Shown here in pieces: positions 1 to 8,996 of a stretch of DNA of 45,672 nt (positions are counted from its first letter, which is position 1; each line of letters starts with the position of its first letter). The stretch comes from Nitrospirota bacterium (GTDB taxonomy: Bacteria > Nitrospirota > JACRHJ01). The notes beneath the pieces were generated by a model. That model was not told the DNA's origin. It made no database searches and saw only the letters and a list, made by a program, of their open reading frames with translations. The position numbers were made by a program, and so were the translations under genes. The stretch is from positions 1 through 45,672 of the forward strand of contig JAKAHE010000001.1 in assembly GCA_021815285.1 (NCBI GenBank). The letters run 5' to 3'.

Positions 1-1280
1 GTCTTCGGCGCGTCTTTAAGCCCAAGCTTCTTCCTCTGGGCCTTCGACGGCTCGCCAAGGCGTCCGGTCTGGGAAAACATATCCATGGCCTTCGCCGTGG
101 CGGACTGGACATATCCGCGCTCGATTGCCATCTGCTTCAACTGGTGGAACACCTTCTCCATCCCGAAACACTGCGGGCAAAGCTCGATGCAGGTATGGCA
201 CTCGACGCACCGCCAGATGTCCGGGGATTTCAGAAGCTCGTCTATGTCCTCCGTAACGACCCGCTTCATCATCGAGTGCAGGTTTACGCCTTCGAGCAGG
301 AGCGTGACCGGGCAGTCGTTCGTGCAGGCCGCGCAGCTTATGCAGCGCTCTATGGACGCGATGTCGAAGGCGTCCTTCGTCTTTGCGAGTCTTCCGGTAT
401 TCTTCTCCCATTTTTTCATGAACGATTCCGTCTCTATCTTGTGCATGTCCATGCCTATCTCGGCGGGGGAGAATCCCATCGCAAGGGCGAGGAGTTCCTG
501 GTAGGAGATTACCGGCAGGTTGTATTTCTCTCCCGTGCGCGCGAGCATGAACTGCTGCGTGTCGTACTGGGAAAAACACGACGGGCAGACGGTGGTAATG
601 GCGTCCGCTTCGAGGCCTTTAAGCTCCTGAAGCTTCCGGCGCATCAAGTCCTGGCCTTCGGAGACGTTCCCGACGTTGCTGAGTCCCCCGCCGCAGCATA
701 GCATCTTCGTGGTGTAGTCGATGCTCTTCGCGCCGATTGCGGCGACAAGGGCGTCGAACTTCACGGGGTGGATTGGGTCGTCGAAGTTCAGGACCTTCGC
801 CGGGCGCATCATGTGGCAGCCGTAATGCACGCCTATTCTCATGCCTTTCAGGGGCTTTTTCACGTATGTGGCAATCTTCGCCGGGGATATTACGTCGTGG
901 AAAAGCTCCAGCATGTGGAGAACCTTAATCTTTCCGGTGTATTTCAGGCCGATTTCGGCCAGGCTTTTGTTTACCCGGGCCACGAGTTTCGGGGATTTGT
1001 GAAGCTCTGCCTTCGCCCCTTTAAGCGTGCCGTAGCAGCCGTTGCAGGGCGTAACGAGCGGGAGGCCGGTCGCCTCGGCAAGCGCGAGGTTCCTGGCCGC
1101 CGTCAGGAGCCAGAGATCATTCCCCATGCTCTTTACCAGCTCTTTCTCAGGGCAGCAGGTGAAACCGTCCAGGTCTACTATATCTATTCCCATACGCTCC
1201 GCGACCAGCCTTGCGGCCTTTTCCTGGAAGGCGAATCGGGCGGGTATGGTGCATCCCCAGAAAAAAACATAACTTTGCAT
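1..1280 (-). CDS. Heterodisulfide reductase-like iron-sulfur protein: HdrB-type N-terminal part (two CCG cysteine-rich repeats) fused to an HdrC-type 2x[4Fe-4S] C-terminal part; 3' end lies beyond the left edge
   Basis: Absent from the ORF track because no stop lies in the window. Hand translation from the ATG at 1280-1278 gives MQSYVFFWGCTIPARF..DGFTCCPEK..TPCNGCYG..KMLCCGGG..TVCPSC, then CISCAACTNDCP and CVECHTCIELCP. The frame stays open to base 1. Confidence 0.8.
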   Translation of the reverse strand, partial: MQSYVFFWGCTIPARFAFQEKAARLVAERMGIDIVDLDGFTCCPEKELVKSMGNDLWLLTAARNLALAEATGLPLVTPCNGCYGTLKGAKAELHKSPKLVARVNKSLAEIGLKYTGKIKVLHMLELFHDVISPAKIATYVKKPLKGMRIGVHYGCHMMRPAKVLNFDDPIHPVKFDALVAAIGAKSIDYTTKMLCCGGGLSNVGNVSEGQDLMRRKLQELKGLEADAITTVCPSCFSQYDTQQFMLARTGEKYNLPVISYQELLALAMGFSPAEIGMDMHKIETESFMKKWEKNTGRLAKTKDAFDIASIERCISCAACTNDCPVTLLLEGVNLHSMMKRVVTEDIDELLKSPDIWRCVECHTCIELCPQCFGMEKVFHQLKQMAIERGYVQSATAKAMDMFSQTGRLGEPSKAQRKKLGLKDAPK

Positions 1281-1502
1281 TTAATAAATCTCCAGAATCT
1301 CTACGGCGAAAAAAGCCGCCTTTTCAAAGGCGGATATTGATGCTATAAAAACGCGCATTTAATGTCAAGGATTTTTTCCGGAACACGGAATGTTTCTATA
1401 TCAGGAATTATATCTGTTATCAAGCCCTTAGTCCAGAAGAATTAATTTTGTTTAATAATTTTAAAATTAACATAAAAGGGTTATAATATTTATATTCATG
1501 GT

Positions 1503-1970
1503 ATGGTCATGGTCAAGAAAGCTTTAAAATTTGCACTACTGAAATCAGCCGCGGTCATCACCATCGTCCTGGCCGATTGGGGCAGCGCATGGGCTGTGCA
1601 GCAGCACCCTGGCGACGAGGGCTTCGACGCCCACATGATGGCCCACGTCTTTCTGATAGCGTCCATGGTCTATCTCTTCGCCGTGCTCGGGAAACCGTCC
1701 CTCAGGCTCTCCGGATGGAAGCTCATACGCCTGGCCGCGCTCTTTTTCCTGCTGTGGAACGTGGACGTCTCCATTACGCATATCACCGGGCTGCTCATGG
1801 CGCCGAAAGAGCATTATTTCAAGGGTTCCTGGATGCTCGTGGAAGACCTGAAAACCGAGCTTTATTACGTCACCCGCCTGGCAGAGTATTTCTTCCTTGT
1901 GCCGGCCTTTCTTTTCATGGCCCTGGGCTTAAGGCGCCTGGAGACGGAACTCAGACGGGAGAAGGAATGA
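1503..1970 (+). CDS. Hypothetical integral membrane protein
   Basis: 155-aa ORF with several hydrophobic helices (VITIVLADWGSAWA, HVFLIASMVYLFAVL, LAALFFLLWNV, YFFLVPAFLFMALGL). Its stop overlaps the next start (ATGA at 1967-1970). No family recognised. Confidence 0.6.
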   Translation: MVMVKKALKFALLKSAAVITIVLADWGSAWAVQQHPGDEGFDAHMMAHVFLIASMVYLFAVLGKPSLRLSGWKLIRLAALFFLLWNVDVSITHITGLLMAPKEHYFKGSWMLVEDLKTELYYVTRLAEYFFLVPAFLFMALGLRRLETELRREKE

Positions 1971-3046
1971 CGAGCCTCGAACCCGTATGGACTATAGACA
2001 TAGTCTCCAATCTCCTGCTCGTGGCAATATCCGCATACATGATCTCGGAGGTGCGCCGGATACGCGCGCTCAGGCCGCACGCGCCGATATGGATGTATCT
2101 GTACTGGCAGGTCGTGGCGCTTGCGGTCTTCGCCATTTCCCATTCCGTCGCGCATATTGTCCAGCACATCCTCTCGGAGATGGGCTGGGGAGAAATATGG
2201 GAATACTTGAGGCCCTTTACCGGCGCAACCAACACCCTGACGTTCATGGTAATCGGCATACTGGCGTTCCTGTACCGGGACCTGGAATACGTGAGCGAGC
2301 GGTTCGGCACGCTTGCCGAGGCGAAAAAAGAGCTCGAGCAGTCGATGATGATGCTTAGGGAGTCCTCGAAACAGATGGAGCGCGACGCCGAGGAGATATT
2401 CCAGAAAAACAGGGAACTCGCCGCCCTTTACAAGATCGCGGTGGAAATAGGGAGGTCGCTTGAACTGGACAGGGTCATGTCTGCGACTATAAAGGAGGTG
2501 AAAGACCTCGTCTGGGCGGATTTCCTTTGTATTTATCTCCTGAAGGGAGACAATCTTGTCATGCAGGTAAGCGAAGGGCTTTCGGAGGCCGCCCTCGAAA
2601 AAACGTCTGTCAGGAGCGCCCAGGAGCCGTGGATAAAAAGAGAACTGCTGCACGGCAGGATGTTCTTTGCGCAGGAGCGCCCGTCAGATAAATTAGGCAG
2701 GATAGACAAAAACCTTAAAAGCGAGGGTATGCAGGCATGGGCGGCCATACCGCTCATGGCAAAGGGGAAGGTTGCCGGCGCGCTCGCGGTCGGTTCGAGG
2801 AATTACGACGGCATAGACCAGCGCCGGATAAACACGCTTATGACGATAGGCAGGTATGTCGGGATTGTCATCGAGAATTCCATGCTCTATGGCGAGCTCA
2901 AGCAGAAGGTGGAAGACCTGGAGCGTTTTTCAAAGTTCTCCGTCGGCAGGGAGATGCGCATACTCGAGATAAAGGAGGAACTGAAGAACCTTACGGCCAG
3001 ATGCCGCCCGCTGCTTGAGCAGAATGGGGATGCGCCGGACAAATGA
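1967..3046 (+). CDS. Membrane-anchored GAF-domain protein with no recognisable output domain
   Basis: Track ORF 1577..3046 trimmed to the in-frame ATG at 1967, because the upstream part overlaps gene 1503-1970 in another frame. Has N-terminal hydrophobic helices, a coiled-coil linker, a GAF-like core (LYKIAVEIGRSLELDRVM...AIPLMAKGKVAGALAVGSR...IVIENSMLY) and a short helical tail. Confidence 0.75.
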   Translation: MTSLEPVWTIDIVSNLLLVAISAYMISEVRRIRALRPHAPIWMYLYWQVVALAVFAISHSVAHIVQHILSEMGWGEIWEYLRPFTGATNTLTFMVIGILAFLYRDLEYVSERFGTLAEAKKELEQSMMMLRESSKQMERDAEEIFQKNRELAALYKIAVEIGRSLELDRVMSATIKEVKDLVWADFLCIYLLKGDNLVMQVSEGLSEAALEKTSVRSAQEPWIKRELLHGRMFFAQERPSDKLGRIDKNLKSEGMQAWAAIPLMAKGKVAGALAVGSRNYDGIDQRRINTLMTIGRYVGIVIENSMLYGELKQKVEDLERFSKFSVGREMRILEIKEELKNLTARCRPLLEQNGDAPDK

Positions 3047-3129
3047 AATCGTTTCCTGATCTCCCAGAAGACTTCCTCACCGACTTTTATCAGTAAAGTT
3101 ATATTACGCGAAACAGTAATCGGCAACCG

Positions 3130-4290
3130 CTACCTGTACACCGGCAGGTAGACCGTGAAGGTCGTGCCCTTGCCGGGAACGCTGTCCACCTTTATCATCC
3201 CGCCGTGCTCCTCGATGGTCTTCAGCGCGAGCGCGAGGCCCAGGCCAAGCCCGCCGCCCTTGGAGGAATAGAAGGGATTGAATATGTCCTTGAGGGCGTC
3301 CGGCTCTATGCCGCACCCGGTGTCGGAAACGGTAACGGCGAGCATTGTCTTCTTGCCCTTCTCGGTCTTTATGCTGGAATAGAGGAAGTCGGACGGGATG
3401 CCGGTTCCGAGCGTGAGGACGCCGCCCTGGGACATTGCCTCCACGGCATTTTTTATGAGGTTTAAAAACACTCCCTGGAGGCTCGGTTCGTCCCCCTCTA
3501 TCTCCGGGACGGACGGGTCGTATTCCCGCTTTATCTTGAGTTTGAGTTTTTTTATGTCGGGGGCGAGCAGGGTCAGGGATTCGTCAAGGAGGCTGTGCAG
3601 GTTCATCTTCGCGGTCTTCGGAAGCCCTGGCCGGGACAGGCCCCGAAGCGACTCGAGTATACCCGTTAGCCGGTCAACCTGCTTTATGATGACGCCCAGG
3701 TATTCGGAGAGGGACTCCTCCACAGGCAGGCCCTTTATCTCCTCCATCAGGAGCTGCGAGGCGCCTTTTATGCCGCCAAGCGGGTTTCGGAGCTCGTGCG
3801 CGACAGAGGCCGCCATTGTGCCCAGGTATGCAAGCCGCTCGGATTTCTTTATGGCCTCCTCGAGCTCCCTTAAGCGCGAGGCCTCCCGAAGCGACAGCGC
3901 GACTCCGAGCGTCTGGCCGTCCGGCCCTTCGATGGGCGAAGCGGAAGCCTCCACGGGGATGCCGGTCGCGTCCGGCCTTACGAACTCCGTCGTAAAACCG
4001 GTATGCGGCCTGCCGGAGGCAAGCGTGCGCATGGCAAGCTCGGCCAGCCCCAGGTTGCCTTTGTCGAAGGTTTCCATGGCAGTCCTGCCGATCGCCTCCG
4101 CCGAGAGCATGGCGAGCTCGTGTGCGGCGCGGTTCGCGCTTATCAGCTTCAGATCCCCGTCGAAGATTATTACGCCTTCCGGGATTGCATAAAGTATCTC
4201 CTCGTAATACTCCCTGCTTCCGGCCTTGGGAAGGGCGGCCTTGGCCACGACCGGGGTTTCAGGGTTCTGCGATTTACGTGTCTTCGGCAT
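3130..4290 (-). CDS. Cytoplasmic PAS-domain sensor histidine kinase (NtrB-like), no partner response regulator in the window
   Basis: H-box SVAHELRNPLGGI; ATPase N/G boxes LNLIKNAVEAM, DTGCGI, GGGLGLGLAL..GKGTTFTVYLP; N-terminal PAS-like segment; no transmembrane segment. Confidence 0.9.
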   Translation of the reverse strand: MPKTRKSQNPETPVVAKAALPKAGSREYYEEILYAIPEGVIIFDGDLKLISANRAAHELAMLSAEAIGRTAMETFDKGNLGLAELAMRTLASGRPHTGFTTEFVRPDATGIPVEASASPIEGPDGQTLGVALSLREASRLRELEEAIKKSERLAYLGTMAASVAHELRNPLGGIKGASQLLMEEIKGLPVEESLSEYLGVIIKQVDRLTGILESLRGLSRPGLPKTAKMNLHSLLDESLTLLAPDIKKLKLKIKREYDPSVPEIEGDEPSLQGVFLNLIKNAVEAMSQGGVLTLGTGIPSDFLYSSIKTEKGKKTMLAVTVSDTGCGIEPDALKDIFNPFYSSKGGGLGLGLALALKTIEEHGGMIKVDSVPGKGTTFTVYLPVYR

Positions 4291-4973
4291 TATAGCAGGA
4301 GGGCTTCCAGGTTCCCGAAATGTTCGACGGTTATTATATGCCCGGAGGGCGGAAGGGCGGTATGCTCGTGCTGCCAGGTCATGGAAAAAGGGATAAAGAC
4401 GGAACGCACTCCGTTTTCCACCGCAGGGAGAATATCCGAACGCGGCGAGTCCCCTATCATCCAGGTCTCGTGCGCCTTAAGCCCCAGTTCTTCAAGAACG
4501 CCCCGGAAAGAATCCCTGTCTTTCTCCGGCACGACCCGGACGTGATGGAAATACTCCCTGAGCGGGGATTTTTCGATCTTCCCAAGCTGCTCTTCCGCGT
4601 TGCCCTTCGTATACATCACCATCTTATACCTGTCTGCGAGCTTCGGCACGGTCTCTTCCACGCCGGGAAGGAGGCAGACCGGGTGATGGAATACGCCTTC
4701 CCCTATCTCCTCGATTGTTTGCAGGATTTTTTCTTCCGGCTCGGGTTCGAGCAGTCCGTATACGTCCGCCATGGACATCGCCTGGCTCCTCGCCCCGTAG
4801 CCGTAGCGCGGGACGTTCTCCATTTCCAGCCGGAGAAGCAGGCTGTCCGCCCGCTCGCGGGAATAGCCTTGCGCCTCCATGAGGGACACGAACTTCTCGT
4901 GCGCGTCCAGGAAAAAACGGTTGTTTTCCCAGAGTGTGTCGTCGCAGTCGATTATGAGGTTTTTCGGGAACAT
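4290..4973 (-). CDS. HAD-superfamily hydrolase (phosphatase-like)
   Basis: Track ORF 4290..5282 trimmed to the ATG at 4973-4971, because the upstream part overlaps the radical SAM gene. HAD motif I IIDCDDTLWE, motif III lysine (YTKG), motif IV GDSPRSD. Its stop overlaps the kinase ATG by 1 nt. Confidence 0.8.
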   Translation of the reverse strand: MFPKNLIIDCDDTLWENNRFFLDAHEKFVSLMEAQGYSRERADSLLLRLEMENVPRYGYGARSQAMSMADVYGLLEPEPEEKILQTIEEIGEGVFHHPVCLLPGVEETVPKLADRYKMVMYTKGNAEEQLGKIEKSPLREYFHHVRVVPEKDRDSFRGVLEELGLKAHETWMIGDSPRSDILPAVENGVRSVFIPFSMTWQHEHTALPPSGHIITVEHFGNLEALLL

Positions 4974-5023
4974 GCGGGAAATTCTACCAGAGGCTTCCGG
5001 GCAATACAAGCTATTTGAGGAAA

Positions 5024-6406
5024 TCAGTAGTGGACGTCCCGTTTCCCTTTTTCGACCGTCTCCAGCTTCCTTTTTACGTCTTCCCTGAGCTTGCCTTTGA
5101 ATTCCTCCAGAAAACGGTTCAGGGAAGCTTCCATAATCTCCCGACCTTCGGGGCTTGCGTCGAGCAGATACTCCTTGAGCGAAAGAAGCGCGTTCGCCGT
5201 GCAGAGTTCGTTCAGATTCCCGGACTGGGCGGTGTGGAGATAGCTGCTCCCCTGTCTTCCGCTCCTGTAGCAGGCGGTGCATAAAGACGGCAGAAGCCCC
5301 ATCTCCGAGATTACCCGCGCCATCTCAGGGAGCGGCCTTATGTCGGAGAGGTCGAACTGCGAGGTGTTCTTTTCGCGCCCGTCGTATCCGCCGGGTTCCG
5401 TGGAGGAGCCTGCGGAAATCTGCGACGCCCCGCACAGAAGGCATTCCTCCCGGAGCCTCGCAGGTTCGCGCGTGGAAACAACGACTCCCGCCTGCGGCAC
5501 GGACAGGCGGTATACCGCGACAATCTTTTTGAAATCCTCGTCGCTCACGGGATATGGGGCCTTCTTAATCTCCGCGCCCTCGGCGGATTTGAGCCGCGGG
5601 ACGGATATGGTATGCGCGCAGGCGCCGAATTTCGCCTCAAGGTGTTTCGAGTGCGCAATCGCGGCAAGGGCGTCGTAATGGTAATCGTAAAGACCGAGGA
5701 GCGGGCCGATGCCCACGTCCCCGAAACCCGCCTGAAGACCCCTGTCCATGACGGACAGCCTGTAGAGGAAGTCGGACTTTCTGCCGGTGGGGTGCAGGAC
5801 CTTGTAGCTCTCTTCGTGGTATGTCTCCTGGAAGCACTGGTATACGCCGTAGCCTGCGGACTTCAGCTTCCTGAAGTCCTCCACGGAGACTGGCGCGGAG
5901 TTCACGTGCAGGATCCTGACGTCGGTGCGGGAATAAATCTCCTCCGCAATTTTTATAAGGTAATCCACCCCCGAGTATCGCGGGTGCTCGCCTGCGACGA
6001 GTATAATCCGCTTGAAGCCCGTCCGCGATAGTATCTTCGCCTGCTCCACGGCCTCGTCGGGTGAGAGCGCCTTCCTGCGGGCAGTGGAGTTTGATTTCCT
6101 GAAGCCGCAGTACAGGCAGTCGTTAGAGCAGTAATTGGAGAGATAGAGCGGGGCGAAAAGCACTACCCGCGGGCCGAACACGGCGGACTTCACCTCCGCC
6201 GCCTTTTCATATATCGCGCGCAGTGAGTCTTCTTCTTCGACCATCAGGAGCTTCGCGGCATCGGAAAGCGGCAGGCCCTTTAACTCTCCAGCGCGTGAAA
6301 GTATATCGTCAAGCTCGGAGGAAGACGGCGCCTTCGCATTCCCAAGCGCGTCCTCCACGTCACGCAAAAAATCTGTCAACAAAACCTCACTCTCCCGGCT
6401 CGCCAA
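5024..6406 (-). CDS. hydG: Radical SAM tyrosine-lyase family protein (ThiH/HydG family), HydG-type with a C-terminal CX2CX22C cluster motif
   Basis: Radical SAM motif SNYCSNDCLYCGF. Family-typical FQETYH, HTISVPRL, QISAGSSTEPGGY and QFDLSD. C-terminal PSLCTACYRSGRQG..(22 residues after the second Cys)..C followed by LKEYLLD. At 460 aa it is longer than typical ThiH. Confidence 0.75.
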   Translation of the reverse strand: MASRESEVLLTDFLRDVEDALGNAKAPSSSELDDILSRAGELKGLPLSDAAKLLMVEEEDSLRAIYEKAAEVKSAVFGPRVVLFAPLYLSNYCSNDCLYCGFRKSNSTARRKALSPDEAVEQAKILSRTGFKRIILVAGEHPRYSGVDYLIKIAEEIYSRTDVRILHVNSAPVSVEDFRKLKSAGYGVYQCFQETYHEESYKVLHPTGRKSDFLYRLSVMDRGLQAGFGDVGIGPLLGLYDYHYDALAAIAHSKHLEAKFGACAHTISVPRLKSAEGAEIKKAPYPVSDEDFKKIVAVYRLSVPQAGVVVSTREPARLREECLLCGASQISAGSSTEPGGYDGREKNTSQFDLSDIRPLPEMARVISEMGLLPSLCTACYRSGRQGSSYLHTAQSGNLNELCTANALLSLKEYLLDASPEGREIMEASLNRFLEEFKGKLREDVKRKLETVEKGKRDVHY

Positions 6407-7196
6407 GCAGAATCCTCAGCACGCAGTTCGCCTGGTGATGCGCCGCTATGCCGACCCTGGGCGCCATCAATCCCATGCCGGTCGCGGCCTCGGTCTCCTG
6501 GTCTCCCACTATGAAATATTTCCCGAACGGCATGGTCTTTATGGAGTTTGACGGCCCGTGCCCGGCGACCCCGGATGCCGTGACGACCGGCACTTCCGGA
6601 CATCGCTCTGCCATGATATTGAGGAGCATGGCCTTCGACTCCGCCTTGTCGAGAGCCTCGACAAGCGCGCTTACCCTGTCGAAATACTGCGGAATGTTTT
6701 CCTCGTTAAGGACGGCCTTATGCGAGGTTACCCTCACGTAAGGATTTATCCTCCTCAAGTTGTCCTCCATGGCCTCCGTCTTTGGCTTGCCTATCTGGTC
6801 TATGAAATACTGCTGGCGGTTTAAGTTGCTCGGCTCCACGATGTCGTAGTCCACAACCACCAGCTCGCCCACGCCGAGCCTCGCAAGCGCGACGGCCACG
6901 GCGGAGCCTAAGCCCCCCAGGCCCGCAATCCCGATGCGGGCCTTCTTCACCACCTCGTGCACGCCGGGCGTATGCCGCGCCATCATCAGGGACTCGAGCT
7001 CCTCCCTCGAGGGCATCGCCCCCTTCCTGATGAAGATAATATTGTCCCCGTCGTTCAGGAACGGATTGTCCTTGGTCGGGAAACCGTTTAAAATCGTGAG
7101 GTCCGATCCGGGCTTGAACTTGGCCCTGACCTCCATGAGCTTCGGCGGCTCGCCAAACTCGACGAACCGCTCGTTGATTTTTATGCGGATAGCCAT
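6387..7196 (-). CDS. thiF: ThiS-like beta-grasp domain fused to a ThiF/MoeB-type E1-like adenylyltransferase (ThiF family 2 type)
   Basis: N-terminal ~65 aa are ThiS-like (MAIRIKINERFVEF..LNDGDNIIFIRKG). Then a nucleotide-binding GIAGLGGLGSAVAVALARLGVGELVVVDYDIVEPSNLNRQ. Overlaps the downstream radical SAM gene by 20 nt. Confidence 0.8.
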   Translation of the reverse strand: MAIRIKINERFVEFGEPPKLMEVRAKFKPGSDLTILNGFPTKDNPFLNDGDNIIFIRKGAMPSREELESLMMARHTPGVHEVVKKARIGIAGLGGLGSAVAVALARLGVGELVVVDYDIVEPSNLNRQQYFIDQIGKPKTEAMEDNLRRINPYVRVTSHKAVLNEENIPQYFDRVSALVEALDKAESKAMLLNIMAERCPEVPVVTASGVAGHGPSNSIKTMPFGKYFIVGDQETEAATGMGLMAPRVGIAAHHQANCVLRILLGEPGE

Positions 7197-7236
7197 TTGA
7201 TAAAATTTTAAGACAACGGCCCCAGGAAGTCAATCC

Positions 7237-8019
7237 TCAGGCGGCCCTTCTGAAGGATAAATTCGCAAGGACGGCGGTCACGACCAGAAAACCCGACACG
7301 ACGGCAAAATCCACAATGGCCGGATATTCAGGCCCCATCGGGGTTCCGGACGCGCCCGCCAGCAGTATGTTCTTCAGTCCGTCCACGCCGTAAGTCAGTG
7401 GATTTGCGTATGCTATCTCCCTCAAAAACGGCGGCATGAGCCTTACCGGATACATCGCCCCCGAGAGGAAGAACATCGGCATGACGAGGAAGTTCATGAT
7501 TATGTTGAAGCCCTCGTAGGAGCTCATGCGGGACGCCACGAGTATCCCGAAACACGTAAGCGAAAAGGCGAGCATCCCCGATGAAAGAAACAGCAGCAGG
7601 AACTGCGGGATATTTATTTTTATCCCCAGCACGGGCACGAAAATTAGTAATATCAGCACCTGGAGCATGGAGATGGATGTCCCGGCCATGGCCTTGCCGA
7701 CGACGACGGAAAGCCTGGAAATGGGCGCCACGAGTATCTCCTTTAAGAACCCGAACTCCCTGTCCCAGACGATGGAGATTGCGGAGAATATCGACGCGAA
7801 AAGTATCGTCATGCCTATCATGCCGGGGAAGATGAACTGGATGTAGTTTACGCCTCCCACGGGCCTTACGAGCCTGCTCATCCCGCCGCCCACGACAAAA
7901 AGCCACAGTATTGGCCTGGCCATCGTGCCCAATATGCGGCTTTTCTCCCGGATGAACTTCCGAAGCTCGCGGTAGGAAATTACGTATATCGCCTTGGTCT
8001 CATGCGCGAGGTTCGCCAT
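7237..8019 (-). CDS. ABC-2 type transporter permease
   Basis: Track ORF 7237..8478 trimmed to the ATG at 8019-8017 (MANLAHETKAIYVISYRELRKF...), which overlaps the ATPase stop by 1 nt. Six hydrophobic helices typical of ABC-2 (DrrB/NatB-like) permeases. Confidence 0.8.
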   Translation of the reverse strand: MANLAHETKAIYVISYRELRKFIREKSRILGTMARPILWLFVVGGGMSRLVRPVGGVNYIQFIFPGMIGMTILFASIFSAISIVWDREFGFLKEILVAPISRLSVVVGKAMAGTSISMLQVLILLIFVPVLGIKINIPQFLLLFLSSGMLAFSLTCFGILVASRMSSYEGFNIIMNFLVMPMFFLSGAMYPVRLMPPFLREIAYANPLTYGVDGLKNILLAGASGTPMGPEYPAIVDFAVVSGFLVVTAVLANLSFRRAA

Positions 8020-8996
8020 CAATGCCCTCCGTGGTTCTTGCGGGCGTAAGAGCGCATCGGGCCGTACGGGTCGCCGTTTTCCTCGCGTATGTTCTTGCCC
8101 GTCAGGGATAGAAACACGTCGTTTAACGTCGGTCTCGTCATACTGACGGCGGTTATGCTCGTCGAGAGTCCTTTTATAAGCGCGGGAAGTATCTCGTCTC
8201 CCTGTTTTACCGTAAGCGTAATGCCCCCGTCGGTAATCTTCGGCTCCATGCCGAATTTTTCCCGTATCTCCGCCTCGAGGCCCTTCGGGTCGGTCGCCGA
8301 GAGCTTCAGGGTGTCCCCCTGAAGCCCGGCCTTGAGTTCCAAAGGCGTGCCGGACGCGATTATCTTTCCCAGGTCGATAATCGCAATCCTGTCGCAGAAC
8401 TCCGCCTCCTCGAGGTAATGCGTCGTCATAAAGACGGTAATGCCGGTGTTTTTCTTGAGCTCGCGTATGAATTCCCATATCATATTGCGTGTCTGCGGGT
8501 CGAGTCCTATCGTCGGCTCGTCCATGAAGAGCACCCTGGGGTAGTTCAGTATGCCCCTGGCTATCTCAAGCCGCCTCTTCATCCCGCCGGAGAACTTCCG
8601 GACAAGCTCGTTTTTCCTTGCGGAAAGCCCCACCAGTTCGAGCGCGTCCTCTATCCTTTTTTTTGCCGCGGCGCGGTCCATCCCGTAGAGATAGGCGTGG
8701 AAGAGCAGGTTCTCGTAGGCCGTAAGGCCGTTGTCGAGCGTCGGGTCCTGGAATATTATGCCTATGCTGCGGCGCACGGCGTCCGCGTCCCTCACGCAGT
8801 CGAACCCGCCGACGGACGCCTCTCCCGAAGTGGGGGAGATAAGCGTGCAGAGGATTGATATTGTAGTGGATTTCCCCGCTCCGTTCGGCCCCAGGAATCC
8901 GAAGACCTCGCCCGGATCGACAGAAAACGAGATGCCGTCCACGGCTGTCACGGCGCCGAATTTCTTAACCAGGGAATTTACGGAAATATTGGACAT
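8019..8996 (-). CDS. ABC transporter ATP-binding protein, DrrA/ABC-2 exporter type
   Basis: Walker A GPNGAGKSTT, signature SGGMKRRLEIA, Walker B LFMDEPTIGLD, H-loop TTHYLEEA, plus a ~100-aa C-terminal accessory domain. Confidence 0.9.
   Translation of the reverse strand: MSNISVNSLVKKFGAVTAVDGISFSVDPGEVFGFLGPNGAGKSTTISILCTLISPTSGEASVGGFDCVRDADAVRRSIGIIFQDPTLDNGLTAYENLLFHAYLYGMDRAAAKKRIEDALELVGLSARKNELVRKFSGGMKRRLEIARGILNYPRVLFMDEPTIGLDPQTRNMIWEFIRELKKNTGITVFMTTHYLEEAEFCDRIAIIDLGKIIASGTPLELKAGLQGDTLKLSATDPKGLEAEIREKFGMEPKITDGGITLTVKQGDEILPALIKGLSTSITAVSMTRPTLNDVFLSLTGKNIREENGDPYGPMRSYARKNHGGH

Noticed and set aside
16-1340. Track ORFs 16..579(-), 85..504(+), 144..701(+), 737..928(+), 768..1340(+) and 1042..1272(+)
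   Set aside because: All lie inside or antisense to the Hdr-like reading frame, which has clear cysteine motifs. Their translations are Arg/Gly/Pro-rich, typical of off-frame reading of GC-rich coding DNA. The same logic applies to the many other long antisense or overlapping ORFs across the window, for example 1865..2653, 3398..4192, 9159..10340, 22749..23597, 23588..24562, 25682..26401, 28540..29241 and 43585..44598.
7197-7236. Possible TPP (THI-box) riboswitch upstream of the ThiS-ThiF gene
   Set aside because: Only 40 nt are available, and they lack the conserved CUGAGA and ACCUGA elements. A TPP aptamer needs roughly 100 nt.
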